Source of the DNA: Heterodontus francisci
Taxonomy: Eukaryota
DNA: 64,000 bases
Direction of reading: 5' to 3'
Assembly: GCF_036365525.1 (NCBI RefSeq)
Contig: NC_090375.1
Location: 178,887,910 to 178,951,909, forward strand
Below the pieces are notes generated by a model. That model was not told where the DNA came from. It saw nothing but the letters and a program-made list of their open reading frames with translations, and did not search any database. Shown here in pieces: positions 53,200-64,000 of this stretch. The stretch's first letter is position 1, and each line of letters begins with the position of its first letter. The position numbers and the translations under genes were made by a program.

Positions 53200-54846
53200 T
53201 TGATTAGCCCCCGAAAATGGGTGAGGGGAAGCACGATGCACGATTAACCTGCCATGTTGAATGGAATGCAGGCAGCACACAAGTTTTGTGATGCCTGCTC
53301 ATTATAATGATTGCTGCATGCATTCAGTGCTGCTCATTAGCTGCAGCATCAGCAGGGACCCAATATCGTTGGAGCCTGCACTACTTAAAGGGGAGGTGCA
53401 GTGCAGCTGCAGTAGAGGCTGGGCGTTGTTCTGCAACTGAATCTGATCTTGGAAAGAGAGATCCATGGGTGACCAGGGGAGAGAGCAGGCCTCCAGGTTT
53501 TTGAACACTGTATTGGAGATCTTGGGGGAGAAAGTGGAAAGGAGGAGAGATGTCCTATATCTACAGGAGGCCCTCCAGAGTCATGATGAGAAGGCAATGG
53601 GAACGACCATGGAGGTTAATACCAGATGTTGGAAGATGTTTAATGATCTCACAATAGTAGTCAAGTTCTGTGAATGCAACCTCAGAAACCATATCCACCA
53701 CTAGTGTTCAGTTTGCCACACTTCCATCACTCAGCTAATAACATATCTATCAATTAATACTTCAACTTCAGCACCAACTATAATGCAGCATCTGATGGCC
53801 AATGTTTCAGCTTCCATTGCAGTATGTTATGCAATCTCAGCTTGCTGCCATGAAAGCTCAGACTGCTGCCATCATGGCATTCCTGCAATCTGTTGCCTAA
53901 CAGATCTGCTCTTTAAAGACCATCTGCAGATATGGTCTCCTGCTGAAAGCCCTTCTCCTTCGTTTGTGGGACATGAGCATCATTTGTTGCCCATCCCTAA
54001 TTACCCTTGAACTGAATGGCTTACTAGGCCACTTCAGAGGGCTTTTTAAGAGTTAACCACATTGCTGTGGGTCTAGAGTCACATGTAGGCCAGACTGGGT
54101 AAGGATGGAAGATTTCCTTCCCCAAAGGGCATTCGTGAACCAGATGGGTTTTTACAACAATTGACAATGGTTTCATGGTCGCCATTAGACTAGATTTTAA
54201 GTCCAGATTTATTCATTGAATTCAAATTTCACCATTCAATGGGATTCGAACCCATATCCCCAGAGCATTAGCCTGGGCTTTGGATTACTAGTCTAATGAC
54301 ATTACCACTACGCCACCACCTCCCCACTTCTAGCAGCTTGTGCTGCACTCTTTGTGCCTCTGCTCATTCTCCTAGTCATGCTCAATGCCAAGAGGAATTT
54401 CTACTAGGCCGCCCTTGTCTGGCAGCAGCTGGCTTGTGCACAAACCTTTAAATCACTAAAAAAGAATACTTCAGCCCCAGACAGGCCACTTCCTGTGGAA
54501 TATTGAAACTTTTACTGAGTAAGGAAAAGTACTCAAAATGTGTAGAATTGCAGCAACAGCGAAAATAAATAATCCAGCGACTAATCTTTAAGGAGTTAAT
54601 GATTCCTTTAAATAGTGTTGGTTGGGGGGGTGGGGGGTCCTTCGTGCCAGTGAATGCATTTTCAGGTGTGGGAAGTTAAGAGAGGATGTGGGCTGAAGGG
54701 TGGAGCTCCAAGATGGCACCGCTAAAATTAAATCTGTGTTGTAAGCTGATTGACGTCATGATGTGCTACTCTGTATTATTCTATATTATTATTACTCTAC
54801 ACCCCTCCCCCTTCCTGAATTTGAGGGGCCCCAAAAATTCAGCCCT
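53200..54846 (+). mobile_element. Harbinger remnant with Myb exon 1 fragment, split by a SINE
   Basis: 'ASRFLNTVLEILGEKVERRRDVLY..CWKMFNDLTIVVK'. Right terminus aaaattcagccc at about 54834-54845. Confidence 0.65.
53960..54326 (-). mobile_element. tRNA-derived SINE (Meta-domain-like) with Zenon-LINE-like tail
   Basis: A box tggcgtagtgg and B box gggttcgaatccc. Core 'aaaaacccatctggttcac..ggaaggaaatct'. Tail 'attagggatgggcaacaaatg' is shared with the LINE at 6205-6225. Confidence 0.75.
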
Positions 54847-55774
54847 GAATCACTAAAATAGAACCGAGTCCATCAAATGATCAGCTCAATGATACCGATA
54901 ATAGAACAATGCTTTTGTTCTTTCCAACACATACGCACTCCATGTAGTTGCCTTCACTGCTTATACATGTATAGATAAGAGTATAAAGGCAAACATGGGG
55001 CTGGATTTTTCCGCGGGCTTTGGGACCCTAATATTGGGACCAAATGACGGACCCGAGCCTGCACTTGCCAGCGGCTGCCCCCTATTTTCCTGGCACTGCA
55101 CTCCACCCTCCCAAAACCCCAACCCTTTCTCCATGGGGCCAATCCATGTTATCTCTCTTTGTGGATGTATTATTCATTTTCATCACGCTGAATTATAAAT
55201 GGCCAATGAAATACTTCTTGATTTCATCAAATGCAAGACCATATTTTTTCTGTTGCCAAGTATCGAACAACGTAAAATGTCTATAGCTTTGTACAGTTTC
55301 CTTAGTGTTTAACTGAATCTAGCTGCAGGATATGTTTGAAACCATAACAGGAGAAGTTTCATTTCAAATTGAATCCAATAGTAGGCTAATGTCCTGGAAG
55401 CTTTATCTCTTAACTCAGCCATATCAATTCTTGGTTTGCCAGCGTCCTATAATAACTCCGTGAATAATGCTATTAAAGTAATGGATTGAAATATTCAGTG
55501 GAACCAAAGTGATATTCAGAGTTATTGAATTTTTAATAAAAAAGATTTTAAGGTATGCATTTTTTGGGGAAACTTGGCCATTTAATAACATTTATCTCAT
55601 ATTCAGCTATGTTTGTATGAATCATTTAATTAAAAGTAGAAATTATTATCTCCTGGGATTTTAAGCTTGCAGTTGGTCAATTGGAATTTAAGTTGCTAAA
55701 TTGCTGCAGCAAATAATCCCTTAATATTGAGAAACCCTTATATTTATTTCAAACCGACTGTATGTCAAAGTATT

Positions 55775-56118
55775 CTTTGGCCTCCTTATCTTGAGAGACA
55801 ATGGATAAATGCCTGGAGGTGGTCAGTGGTTTGTGAAGCAGCGCCTGGAGTGGCTATAAAGGCCAATTCTAGAATGACAGGCTCTTCCACAGGTGCTGCA
55901 GAGAAATTTGTTTGTCGGGGCTGTTACACAGTTGGCTCTCCCCTTGCGCCTCTGTCTTTTTTCCTGCCAACTACTAAGTCTCTTCGACTCGCCACACTTT
56001 AGCCCCGTCTTTATGGCTGCCCGCCAGCTCTGGCGAACGCTGGCAACTGACTCCCATGACTTGTGATCAATGTCACAGGATTTCATGTCGTGTTTGCAGA
56101 CGTCTTTAAAGCGGAGAC
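55775..56118 (-). mobile_element. RTE-BovB LINE 3' fragment
   Basis: Highly similar to 30105-30450. 13-bp TSD atgtcaaagtatt at 55762-55774 and 56119-56131. Confidence 0.93.
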
Positions 56119-56445
56119 ATGTCAAAGTATTAACTATTAACAAAAAAGGGTACATTTATCTATCCTGTCTTCAACTATTATTCAACGAATGGCCTGGAGG
56201 GTTATATTAATTCCTATGGATATGCAATTGAAACAAGAAGCAAAAAGGCCATCTTTGTTTCATCACTGCAGGTCAAACAAATACAAGAGTCTTGGGCATA
56301 TAAAATAAGTCTTTATGTGACAAATAAAGTTGCTAAACAAAACTGAACTCTTCCAGCACCTAAAACAAGCCATACCTTTCACTTCTGTCATATACTAAGC
56401 CAACACTGACTGGAACTACATCCAAATGTTCCACAGATCTCTTAC

Positions 56446-56481
56446 ATGCACCAATAAAGTTTACAAAGAGTTGCAGGATGT
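56446..56481 (-). CDS. Candidate 36-bp symmetric phase-1 exon (ILQLFVNFIGA)
   Basis: Very strong acceptor 'ttttttttcttttgcag|' and donor 'cat|gtaaga'. Phase-1 frame is open. Confidence 0.28.
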
Positions 56482-57087
56482 CTGCAAAAGAAAAAAAATC
56501 CTTTCAACATGCGGCCAGTCAAAATCACATAAAACTGACAACACCTTTTTCAATGCCCTTAATAGAATCTGCCCCCAAATTTACAGCTGTTATTTACGAG
56601 GCAAATGGGTAGTCAAAAAGAGTCATGAACTGAATTGAAAACTCAAATTAGACTACTTCAACTTCCTGCACAAATGTCCAAATCACATGCACTGGGCTTC
56701 ACATCAGTTTTGGTGTGGCTTGCTCCTTTAACAGATTTAGCAGCATGCACGCTCATATCCCACTGTGACTTTGCATCTCTTGCCATGTTACCCCACATAA
56801 GCCAATGCAATAGTTATTTTTTAAAGTCTTCAGGCAGAATATATGGTTAAGCATTAATGATGACAGGGGTGGACTAGTAGGGGATTGAAGCCACCACCCT
56901 TGCCCCAACAGTTTAATTAATTTTTCTAAATGGGCAGGGAAAGAAACCCATTTTTCTTCCTCATCACATTTGTGCTACTTCCAAATGCAAACTCCAGTTT
57001 TTAAAATTTTTTTTTAATATTATAGAAGATTTGTGGATGGCTGAATCCTGATGATTGATGATTTGGAAGAAAATGGTTATATTGCTC

Positions 57088-57280
57088 TGGAATTCCCTCC
57101 CTAAATATTTGTGCCTCACTACCTGTTTTTCTCTCCTCCTTTAAGATGCTCCTTAAAACCTACCTCCTAATGTCTCCTTGTGTGGCTCAGTTCAAATCTT
57201 GTTTGATTATGCTCCTGTGAAGAGCCTTGGGACCTTTACTGTGTTGAAGGTGCTATATAAATGCAATTTGTTGTATTGTT
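57088..57280 (+). mobile_element. L2 3' end
   Basis: 'ccttaaaacctacctc..gaaggtgctatataaatgcaa..ttgttg'. Confidence 0.8.
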
Positions 57281-58459
57281 TTATATCTTAAAATTCAGTT
57301 TGGTGAGATCCGATGAATTAGGATGTTCAATATGAGCCAGCTGAAGGAGAAGTGCAACTACCAAAAACGTTGACCCAGAACTTTGACTCGCTCCCAAAAT
57401 GGGTGCTGATTTGGTGGAGAGATAACTCCATGATTGCCTGAGGCCAGAGCCAACTGTGGCGACGGACCTCATTTAAATGCTGCCAGTGAGCTCTGGGCAC
57501 CAAAGGGGCTACCCCTCTGTAGCTCGCCAGTCGGGGAAGGCAGAAATCATCTATCACTCATGCTGAGCTGGCTGGCAAATTGGGTCTGGATGGGAAGAGG
57601 GTAGGTAATCCCAAGGGAAGGGTGGGGCGAGGATTGAACCTGCCGGCAGTGGACTGGAGATTTTTTGGGCACCCAGGAAGAGCACTCTGGCTTCTCCTGG
57701 GGCCACAAAAAACTGCTGGGCCTTTTATGGAGTGGCCCTCCAACAGGCCCATGTTTCAGGAAAACACCCTGGACAACTAAAAGTTACCTGAGCCAATATG
57801 GCATCCAACACTCTTCTGGCGCAGCTTGGGCGTGGCAGATCACAACGCAAAGTTCAGTGCTATGGCAGTAATTGTATGCAGGAAAAATGGGCAGCCATGA
57901 ATTTAATTTTTCCCCCATTGAGTTCACTTGTCTTAACCTTTTACTTTGCTTTTGAATTACCTTGATCATTAGGTCATCCTGACATATTGCTCCAGTTGGG
58001 AGATAAGGGGGTAAATCTTGACTTTGTGCAATAGTGTAAAATCACTGATAGAGATTTGACAGCCCATTTTATGACAAGCACTTGTGTATAGAGTACACAA
58101 GCACAAATTGTCATTTACCTGCTGAATGTTACATGGATACTTTAAATTTTGATTGTAAGAAACTGTTTATGTATTTTGAATGCACTCTGATCAAATTGAC
58201 TTCATGTTGATCTCTATACTGTGATCAAGTTGCAACATAGTAAAACATTTGACTACAGCTGCAGTTAAGCTGCATTATTGATCCAAAACCAGTAGCTGTA
58301 GAGTGGTAAGCACAACTGGCGACACCTTAGTTATATGGGGGGGGGGGGGGGGGGGGGGGTGTGGATAAGGGGCCATTCTCTGGCAATGAATTGCAATCTT
58401 CCCACCAAGAGAGAATCCTGTTGCCAAAGCAATCTTTCTAAAGTTAGGAGAGTATGGTT

Positions 58460-59742
58460 TTACGATCAAGGCAGGAGTAATGCACTGTTAATTCAGTCCC
58501 ATTACTCCACAGGTCATAGCATATTAGTAAAGTTTCCCACCTACCAGAAAGCAGCCAAATTAAACACTTTATTTATCCCCAGAATAAAGCACGCCAACCC
58601 AGGTTTCTTTAAATAACAACAAAATTAACTATTTTATTAATAAACTAAGTCTTAAACAATAATGAGATAACTCCATGTGTGAAAAGATTCTTTTAAAACT
58701 TCTTATACCTCCTAACCCTCATGCGCACACACGTACATTCAAAAAAGTGTTTAACCGGTTTTAAAAGGATATTTTGGATTATTGATGGTCGGCACAGACT
58801 CGGTGGGCCGAAGGGCCTGTTTCAGTGCTGTATCTCTAAACTAAACTAAACTGTTTCTTAGGAATAATAAAATAACTAGGTTGTCACATTCTGGTAGGAT
58901 ATTTCCGGGTCGGTGAGATGTCCCAGGATGCCACTCAAAGTCTCTCCAGGCAAGGTTGATGAACAGTCTGTGATGGGTAGGCTTTCAGCAATTTGTCTGC
59001 AGTAGGCGTCACACAGATCTTTCAGCAAAAGGTGTAGAACAGGTCTACTTGGGTTTTGAAATAGCAATCTAGCAATAGAAGCTTTCTCAAGCTTTCAGGA
59101 TCTCCCAAAACATAAGAGGCAGCAGGGAATCTTCAGAGGCTGGAGGCAATAGGAATCCACTACCTTTAAAAATGCAGGGCTTCCTCTCAGCAAAGCAGTC
59201 TTCCTCCACAGAGAGCAGCAACTCCTCTTTTCTTGCATATTTTCCTCTCCAGAGGTCTTTTTCTCTCTCCAGGCAAACCACAACCACCAGCTCAAATGTA
59301 GAATTTCTTTTTACAAGAGGAGCAAGCCTTCTTTTTCAGGGAGAGGTTTTTTTTTCTGGTCTGCAAAAAACAGGTGCCAGCCAGATTGTTCTGCCTCCTG
59401 CCTGTCCAACTTACTGGTCTCCACAATACAAAAGAGAAACTGAAATGCTTACAAACAAGTCATGTGACTTGTCATTTCCCTTGCTGTTGTTTGGAAACAG
59501 GTGTCTTGCAGTGTCCCACTCAGTTCAAACACCAAGTTTCAGCATTCTTGTTCACAGAAAATCCTTTCCCTCAGTCTTTTTAAAAACACACAGAATTCTA
59601 AGCTTTCAAATAAAGAACTAAAGTCTTGTGAAAATGAGCAGGAATATCCACTTTTCTGTGACTTTAATAAAAGCTTCGACCGTAAGTTTGTAGAGTGTCA
59701 AAGGTCCAACCGAGCCTGAGCACTTTTAAAACCAAGTTTCAC
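58460..59742 (-). mobile_element. Probable solo LTR containing an HE1 tail fragment (58784-58851)
   Basis: Organisation resembles 47056-48139. Ends '..tttcaca'. Left terminus and TSD (tggt/tgat) are imperfect. Confidence 0.5.
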
Positions 59743-61029
59743 ATGATGTCTATCACAAGCCCAGATAGTCTCATATTGCTCTAGTACTATCATGCCTTGT
59801 CAGGTGGATGTGATCCCATGGCACTAATTTAAGAACAGGATAGGGGTTATCACTAGTGTCCTGGCCAACACTTATCCCTCAATCAACACTACAAAAATAG
59901 ATTACCTGGTCATTATCACATTGCTCTTTGTTGGAGCTTGTGTTTCCTGTTATGTTTATGCTGGGTTTCTAGATATATTATGTATACCTGATTTATCTCA
60001 GAGCAATGCAGATATCACACTTGTATTAAATCAACAACTGGTTTATTTACAACACTTTAAAATATATCAGTTCTTACAAGATCTCAGTCCAATGTCTTCT
60101 CAGAGCAATCAGTGTGTTTTCTGTAGAAAATTCTAGTTCTGTCTTTTAGTTTTATTTTTAACTCTTAACCTCCCCCCATAGGCTGAAGCAATCAAACACA
60201 GTGAACACAGATCAATGGATAGACTAATACAATCAAATCCAGATGAATCAAACATTACATTTTTCCCTTTTTGACTAAAGACATTATTTTTGAATTAAAG
60301 TATTCTAAACAACAAACATATATACATCAAGTTATTTCTTAGTGTTCAACTTGACAATTTTCTCTAAGCACAGAAATAGTCTTTGAGATAGGATGGTCTT
60401 TTCGGTCTTTGATTAGATTTATGAATTTGAGGTTGTGGATCTGTTTGATCAGCTTGATGAGGCAGATGATCAATATCACTCATAGGAAAAGGAAATGTAT
60501 CCTCCTAACCACTATCAACAAAATATCCTGGTCTACTCCCTATCAAACATCTCACATTCCACTTCTTGTTGTCATCCAACAGATTGGTACCAAGCAAACG
60601 TTTAATCTGCTTTGAACCTGATACTGATGAAGCAAGTTTGTGGTCGCAATTTGGCTGTTTGATTCGAACCCAATCTCTGACTTTAATCTATGGTTCCCTT
60701 GCTCCTGTACGTTTGTTAAAGTATGCTTTTACTTTACCTTGTCGCATTGCGATTTCATTTGCTTTCGCTCTGACATCCTTGTTAACTAGTAGTCATGGCT
60801 TAAGAATGGTCAGTGGCTTGCGAAAGTTACGACCTATCATAAGTTCGGCTGGTGTCTTTCCAGTCAGAGATTGTGGGGTGGATCGATATGTGTGGAGTAG
60901 GATATGAATGATTGTTTGAATGTTTTCCCCTTCGACGTACGAGCTTTCAGAATTTCCTTTATCACCCTGTTGAACCGTTCAATGCCACCATTTGAGTGCG
61001 GGTTGTAGTGTGACATCAGATGGTGATGT

Positions 61030-61632
61030 TATGCTTCAGTTATACAGGGCATTGGTGAGACCACATCTCGAGTACTGTGTGCAATTTTGGTCTCCTTATT
61101 TAATGAAGGATATTGGAGGCGGTTCAGAGGAGGTTTACTAGATTGATACCTGGAATGAGCGGCTTGTCTTATGAGGGAAGGTTGGACAGACTGGGCTTGT
61201 TTTCACTGGAGTTTAAAAGAGTGAGGGGACACTTGATTGAAGTTTATAAGATCCTGAACGGTCTTGACAGGGTGGATGTGGAAAGGATGTTTCCTCTTGT
61301 GGATGAGTCCAGAACTAGGGGGAACTGTTTTAAAATTAGGGGTCACCCTTTTAGGACAGAGATGAGGAGAAATTTTTTCTCTCAGAGGCTTGTGTAACTT
61401 TTGAACTCTTTGCCTCAGAAGGTGGTGGAGTCGGGGTCACTGAATATTTTTAAGGTGAAAGTAGATAGATTCTTGTTAGGCCAGGGAATCAAAGGTTATC
61501 AGGGGAGATGGGAATGTGGAATTCGAAACACAAACAGATCAGCCATGATCTTATTGAATGGCGGAGCAGGCTCGAGGGGCCGAATGGCCTACTTCTGCTC
61601 CTAATTCGTATGCTCGTATGTATGTATGAATG
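61030..61632 (+). mobile_element. CR1 3' fragment inserted in the integrase
   Basis: '[24 protein letters not shown]' and (tatg)n tail. Confidence 0.92.
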
Positions 61633-61686
61633 AATTCTGTAACTTGTTTGGAACTCTGTGAACCGACTTGATACAAACTGCAGGCC

Positions 61687-61751
61687 ATTGTCTGTAGTGA
61701 TATTGTCTGTAGTGATATTGTCTGTAGGGATATTGTCTGTAGTGATATTGT
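61687..61751 (-). repeat. 15-bp tandem repeat x~4.3 encoding (ITTDN)n within the integrase
   Basis: Unit attgtctgtagtgat, translating to DNITTDNIPTDNITTDNITTDNGLQF. Confidence 0.93.
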
Positions 61752-61760
61752 CCTGCAAAC

Positions 61761-62186
61761 TAAAGGCTTGCTCAAGTCGCAAAAAAACCAACCTGAACCT
61801 GATGGAACCACATAGGACCTGAGCCCGACCCGACCCGAGTCCCTCCATTTTCCCCCCACGCCCAACCCGACCCGATCCCAACCCACCCCGGCCCGACTAC
61901 CGGAATGTTCCTTTTACCTACCTTCTGACTCCCAATCTTCAGGAAGCTGCAGCATGAGCATGATGACATCATAGAGATGCTCACACGCTCACTGTGCAGA
62001 CTCAGAGTTTCCCCGCTTGATGTCCCGGACTCGCAACTCAGGTATGTTTTTAACTTTTAACACTTACCTGCAATTCTTGTTGTGTGTGTCCAACCCGGAC
62101 CCGGCCGGACTCGGACCCGCTCGAGCCTGAAGGCTGGACCCAGAAGAGTGGTCCAGCCCGACCCAAACCCGACACATGTCGTCATG
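61761..62186. mobile_element. hAT MITE with (CCCGA)n repeats, right end lost
   Basis: Same family as 27634-28004. Confidence 0.75.
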
Positions 62187-64000
62187 TAGCCATTAGCTAT
62201 GCAGATCATGAACAACAAGCAAAAAAACGTTGATTCCTAGGGGCTGCTTGCACTTTTCCAAAAATATCAACTTGGAGTTGTTGCCATGGTTTTGTTGGCC
62301 ATGGGGCTGGTTGTAGAGATCTTCTTGTCCTTAACTCTTGAATTGAAGCTGGTTGGGCAAGCCGTGGCAGCAACCCTAAGACTAAGGGAGCATGTGTGTG
62401 TAACCTCTTCAAATCTAACATGGTAGATTTGATCTGGACTGTCAAAGTTATGGCTTTTTCCAAGGTTAGATCATCATCCTCCGTGAGGAGACGTTCCCGA
62501 GTTCATGGATTTGAAGTATTTTCAATTAATTGGTCATGAATCAGTTCATTGTTTAGTGTGCCAAATTTACATGTAGCCACCAATTGCTGCAATGCTGTCA
62601 CATATTATTTAATGGACTCACCATGTCCGTGGGATCTCTGGTGGAATGCGTATCATTCTATAATCACACTTTTCTTTGACCCAAAGTATTTTTCAAGAGC
62701 ACTTACCGCCGTAACAAATGTAAACATATCTTCTGTGAGCTGCTCAAATATGCGCTGGCCTTCTTCTCCTAGTCAATATACAAGTATCACTTTCTTGCAG
62801 TTCGCTGCTATACCTGGACTGTCCATGCCCGTAGTGAGAAAGTAGGTTCTGAACTCTGACATCCATCCCTCCTAGCACAAGGGAGGATTTCCTGGTGTTG
62901 GAAGAAAAGGTTTTGGAGCTGGTAGCATTAAATTTTGTTGAATCATCTTTGTCACCACATTTTTGTTATGTTTACACCAGGTTGCTGGAGATATAATGTA
63001 TGTCTGTTTTATCTCAAAGCAATGCAGATATCACACTTGTATTAAATTACCAAAAGCACTTTAAAGTATATCAGTTCTTACAAGATCTCAGTACAATGTC
63101 TTCTCAGAGTGATCAGTGTATTTTCTGTAGAAGATTCTAGTTCTGTCTTTTAGTTTCAATTTTAACTCTTAAGCTCCACCCATTGGCTTAAGCAATCAAG
63201 CACAGTGAACACAGATCAATGGACAAACTAATACAATCAAACCCAGATCAATTAAACACTACATTTCCTGTATTGCAACTGTACTTCATTGGTTGAAAAA
63301 CACTATGAGACGTCCTGAGGTTGTGAAAGATGTTATATAAATTCAAGTCTGTCTGTCTTTATTGTCCTTCATTCTTCCTTTCTTCCTTCTTCTGTTTCTT
63401 TCTTTTCCAGAGTCCAGAGCTATGATGCCACTTTGATTCATGGCTGAAACAACTTTGCATGGACATGAAAGTGGCTGTACAACTGAGACTTTAAATAACC
63501 CAGAACCCCAATCCTTTTGATTGTTGTGACAAGCTCCAGTTAGTGTAATAACCACAGAAATTGCTGGAAATAGACAGCAGGCTTATCAGCATCTTCACTG
63601 ATGGTCCTAGCTCTGTAATTCTAGCATTTTCTGCCAGCTTTCCTTGAAGATTTTCAGCATTTGCAATTTTTGCTTATATATACATGACTACCCTGAAATC
63701 TAAACTACAAAATTCAGTGCAAACACTTGTATACATAGTGGTACTTTTGCATATAGTTCAGTGTTTACACACAGAAGGTCAAGTATAAGAACACCATGAA
63801 AAAGCAGTTTTCAGACAGCTTGTTGGGGATGTTTCCATTTTACTTAACACAATGGACTTATCTGCAATAGGAAACAGACTAGAGCTTCATTATTTGCTAT
63901 GTGGCCATTAAAGGGACCTGGCACTTGCTTAAGAGTATCGTTGTGTGAGTTTGAAGAAAGTGATTCATTTATTGCAAAGTGTGAACAGGGTATCACAATA

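Larger units (their letters stand above)
59948..63263 (-). mobile_element. Gypsy (Mag-like) LTR retrotransposon with gag joined to integrase (no PR/RT/RH)
   Basis: LTRs 59948-60259 and 62964-63263 (TGTTA..TACA). Perfect 5-bp TSD tttcc. PBS 'tggtgacaaagatg' and PPT aaaaagggaaaaa. Integrase 'PWPTKPWQQLQVDIFG', 'TTDNGLQFVS', '[13 protein letters not shown]'. Confidence 0.93.
59800..63358 (+). mobile_element. Deu-domain SINE split by the Gypsy element (59800-59947 + 63269-63358)
   Basis: Deu core on the left and L2-like tail 'cttcattggttg..gacgtcctgaggttgtgaaag' on the right. Confidence 0.8.

Noticed and set aside
54240-54320. tRNA-like A/B boxes (also in the HE1 heads)
   Set aside because: These are SINE heads followed by SINE body and tail, with no full cloverleaf.
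58337-58359. G23 homopolymer (also the C-run at 546-559 and G-runs at 21173-21199) as functional G4
   Set aside because: Simple homopolymers with no supporting context. Their length is also assembly-uncertain.
61687-61751. Regular short repeats as a possible CRISPR array
   Set aside because: Contiguous tandem units with no unique spacers, no cas genes, and a eukaryotic context.

Overview
This is repeat-dense vertebrate genomic DNA, almost certainly from a cartilaginous fish (shark), judged from its HE1/V-SINEs, Deu-domain (SacSINE1-like) SINEs, HER1-type CR1 LINEs and shark-type Harbinger and Penelope repeats. Most of the window is a nested mosaic of transposon relics. These include CR1, CR1-Zenon-like, L2, RTE-BovB and Penelope retroelements, two RT-less Gypsy (Mag-like) LTR elements with both LTRs and TSDs, several solo LTRs, hAT elements, and many PIF/Harbinger pieces (one HARBI1-type transposase fragment, several intron-containing Myb/SANT partner genes, MITEs). 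I recognise no host gene with certainty. A tentative minus-strand multi-exon gene can be assembled from small exons with good splice sites. Unusual structures include a perfect 97-bp fold-back with templated junction pieces, an inverted duplication preserving a pre-SINE empty site, a Penelope-type minimal hammerhead ribozyme inside a fold-back, and a 4x in-frame amplification of an integrase catalytic motif. No CRISPR, rRNA or true tRNA genes were seen. Family names come from my recognition of motifs, not from a database search.
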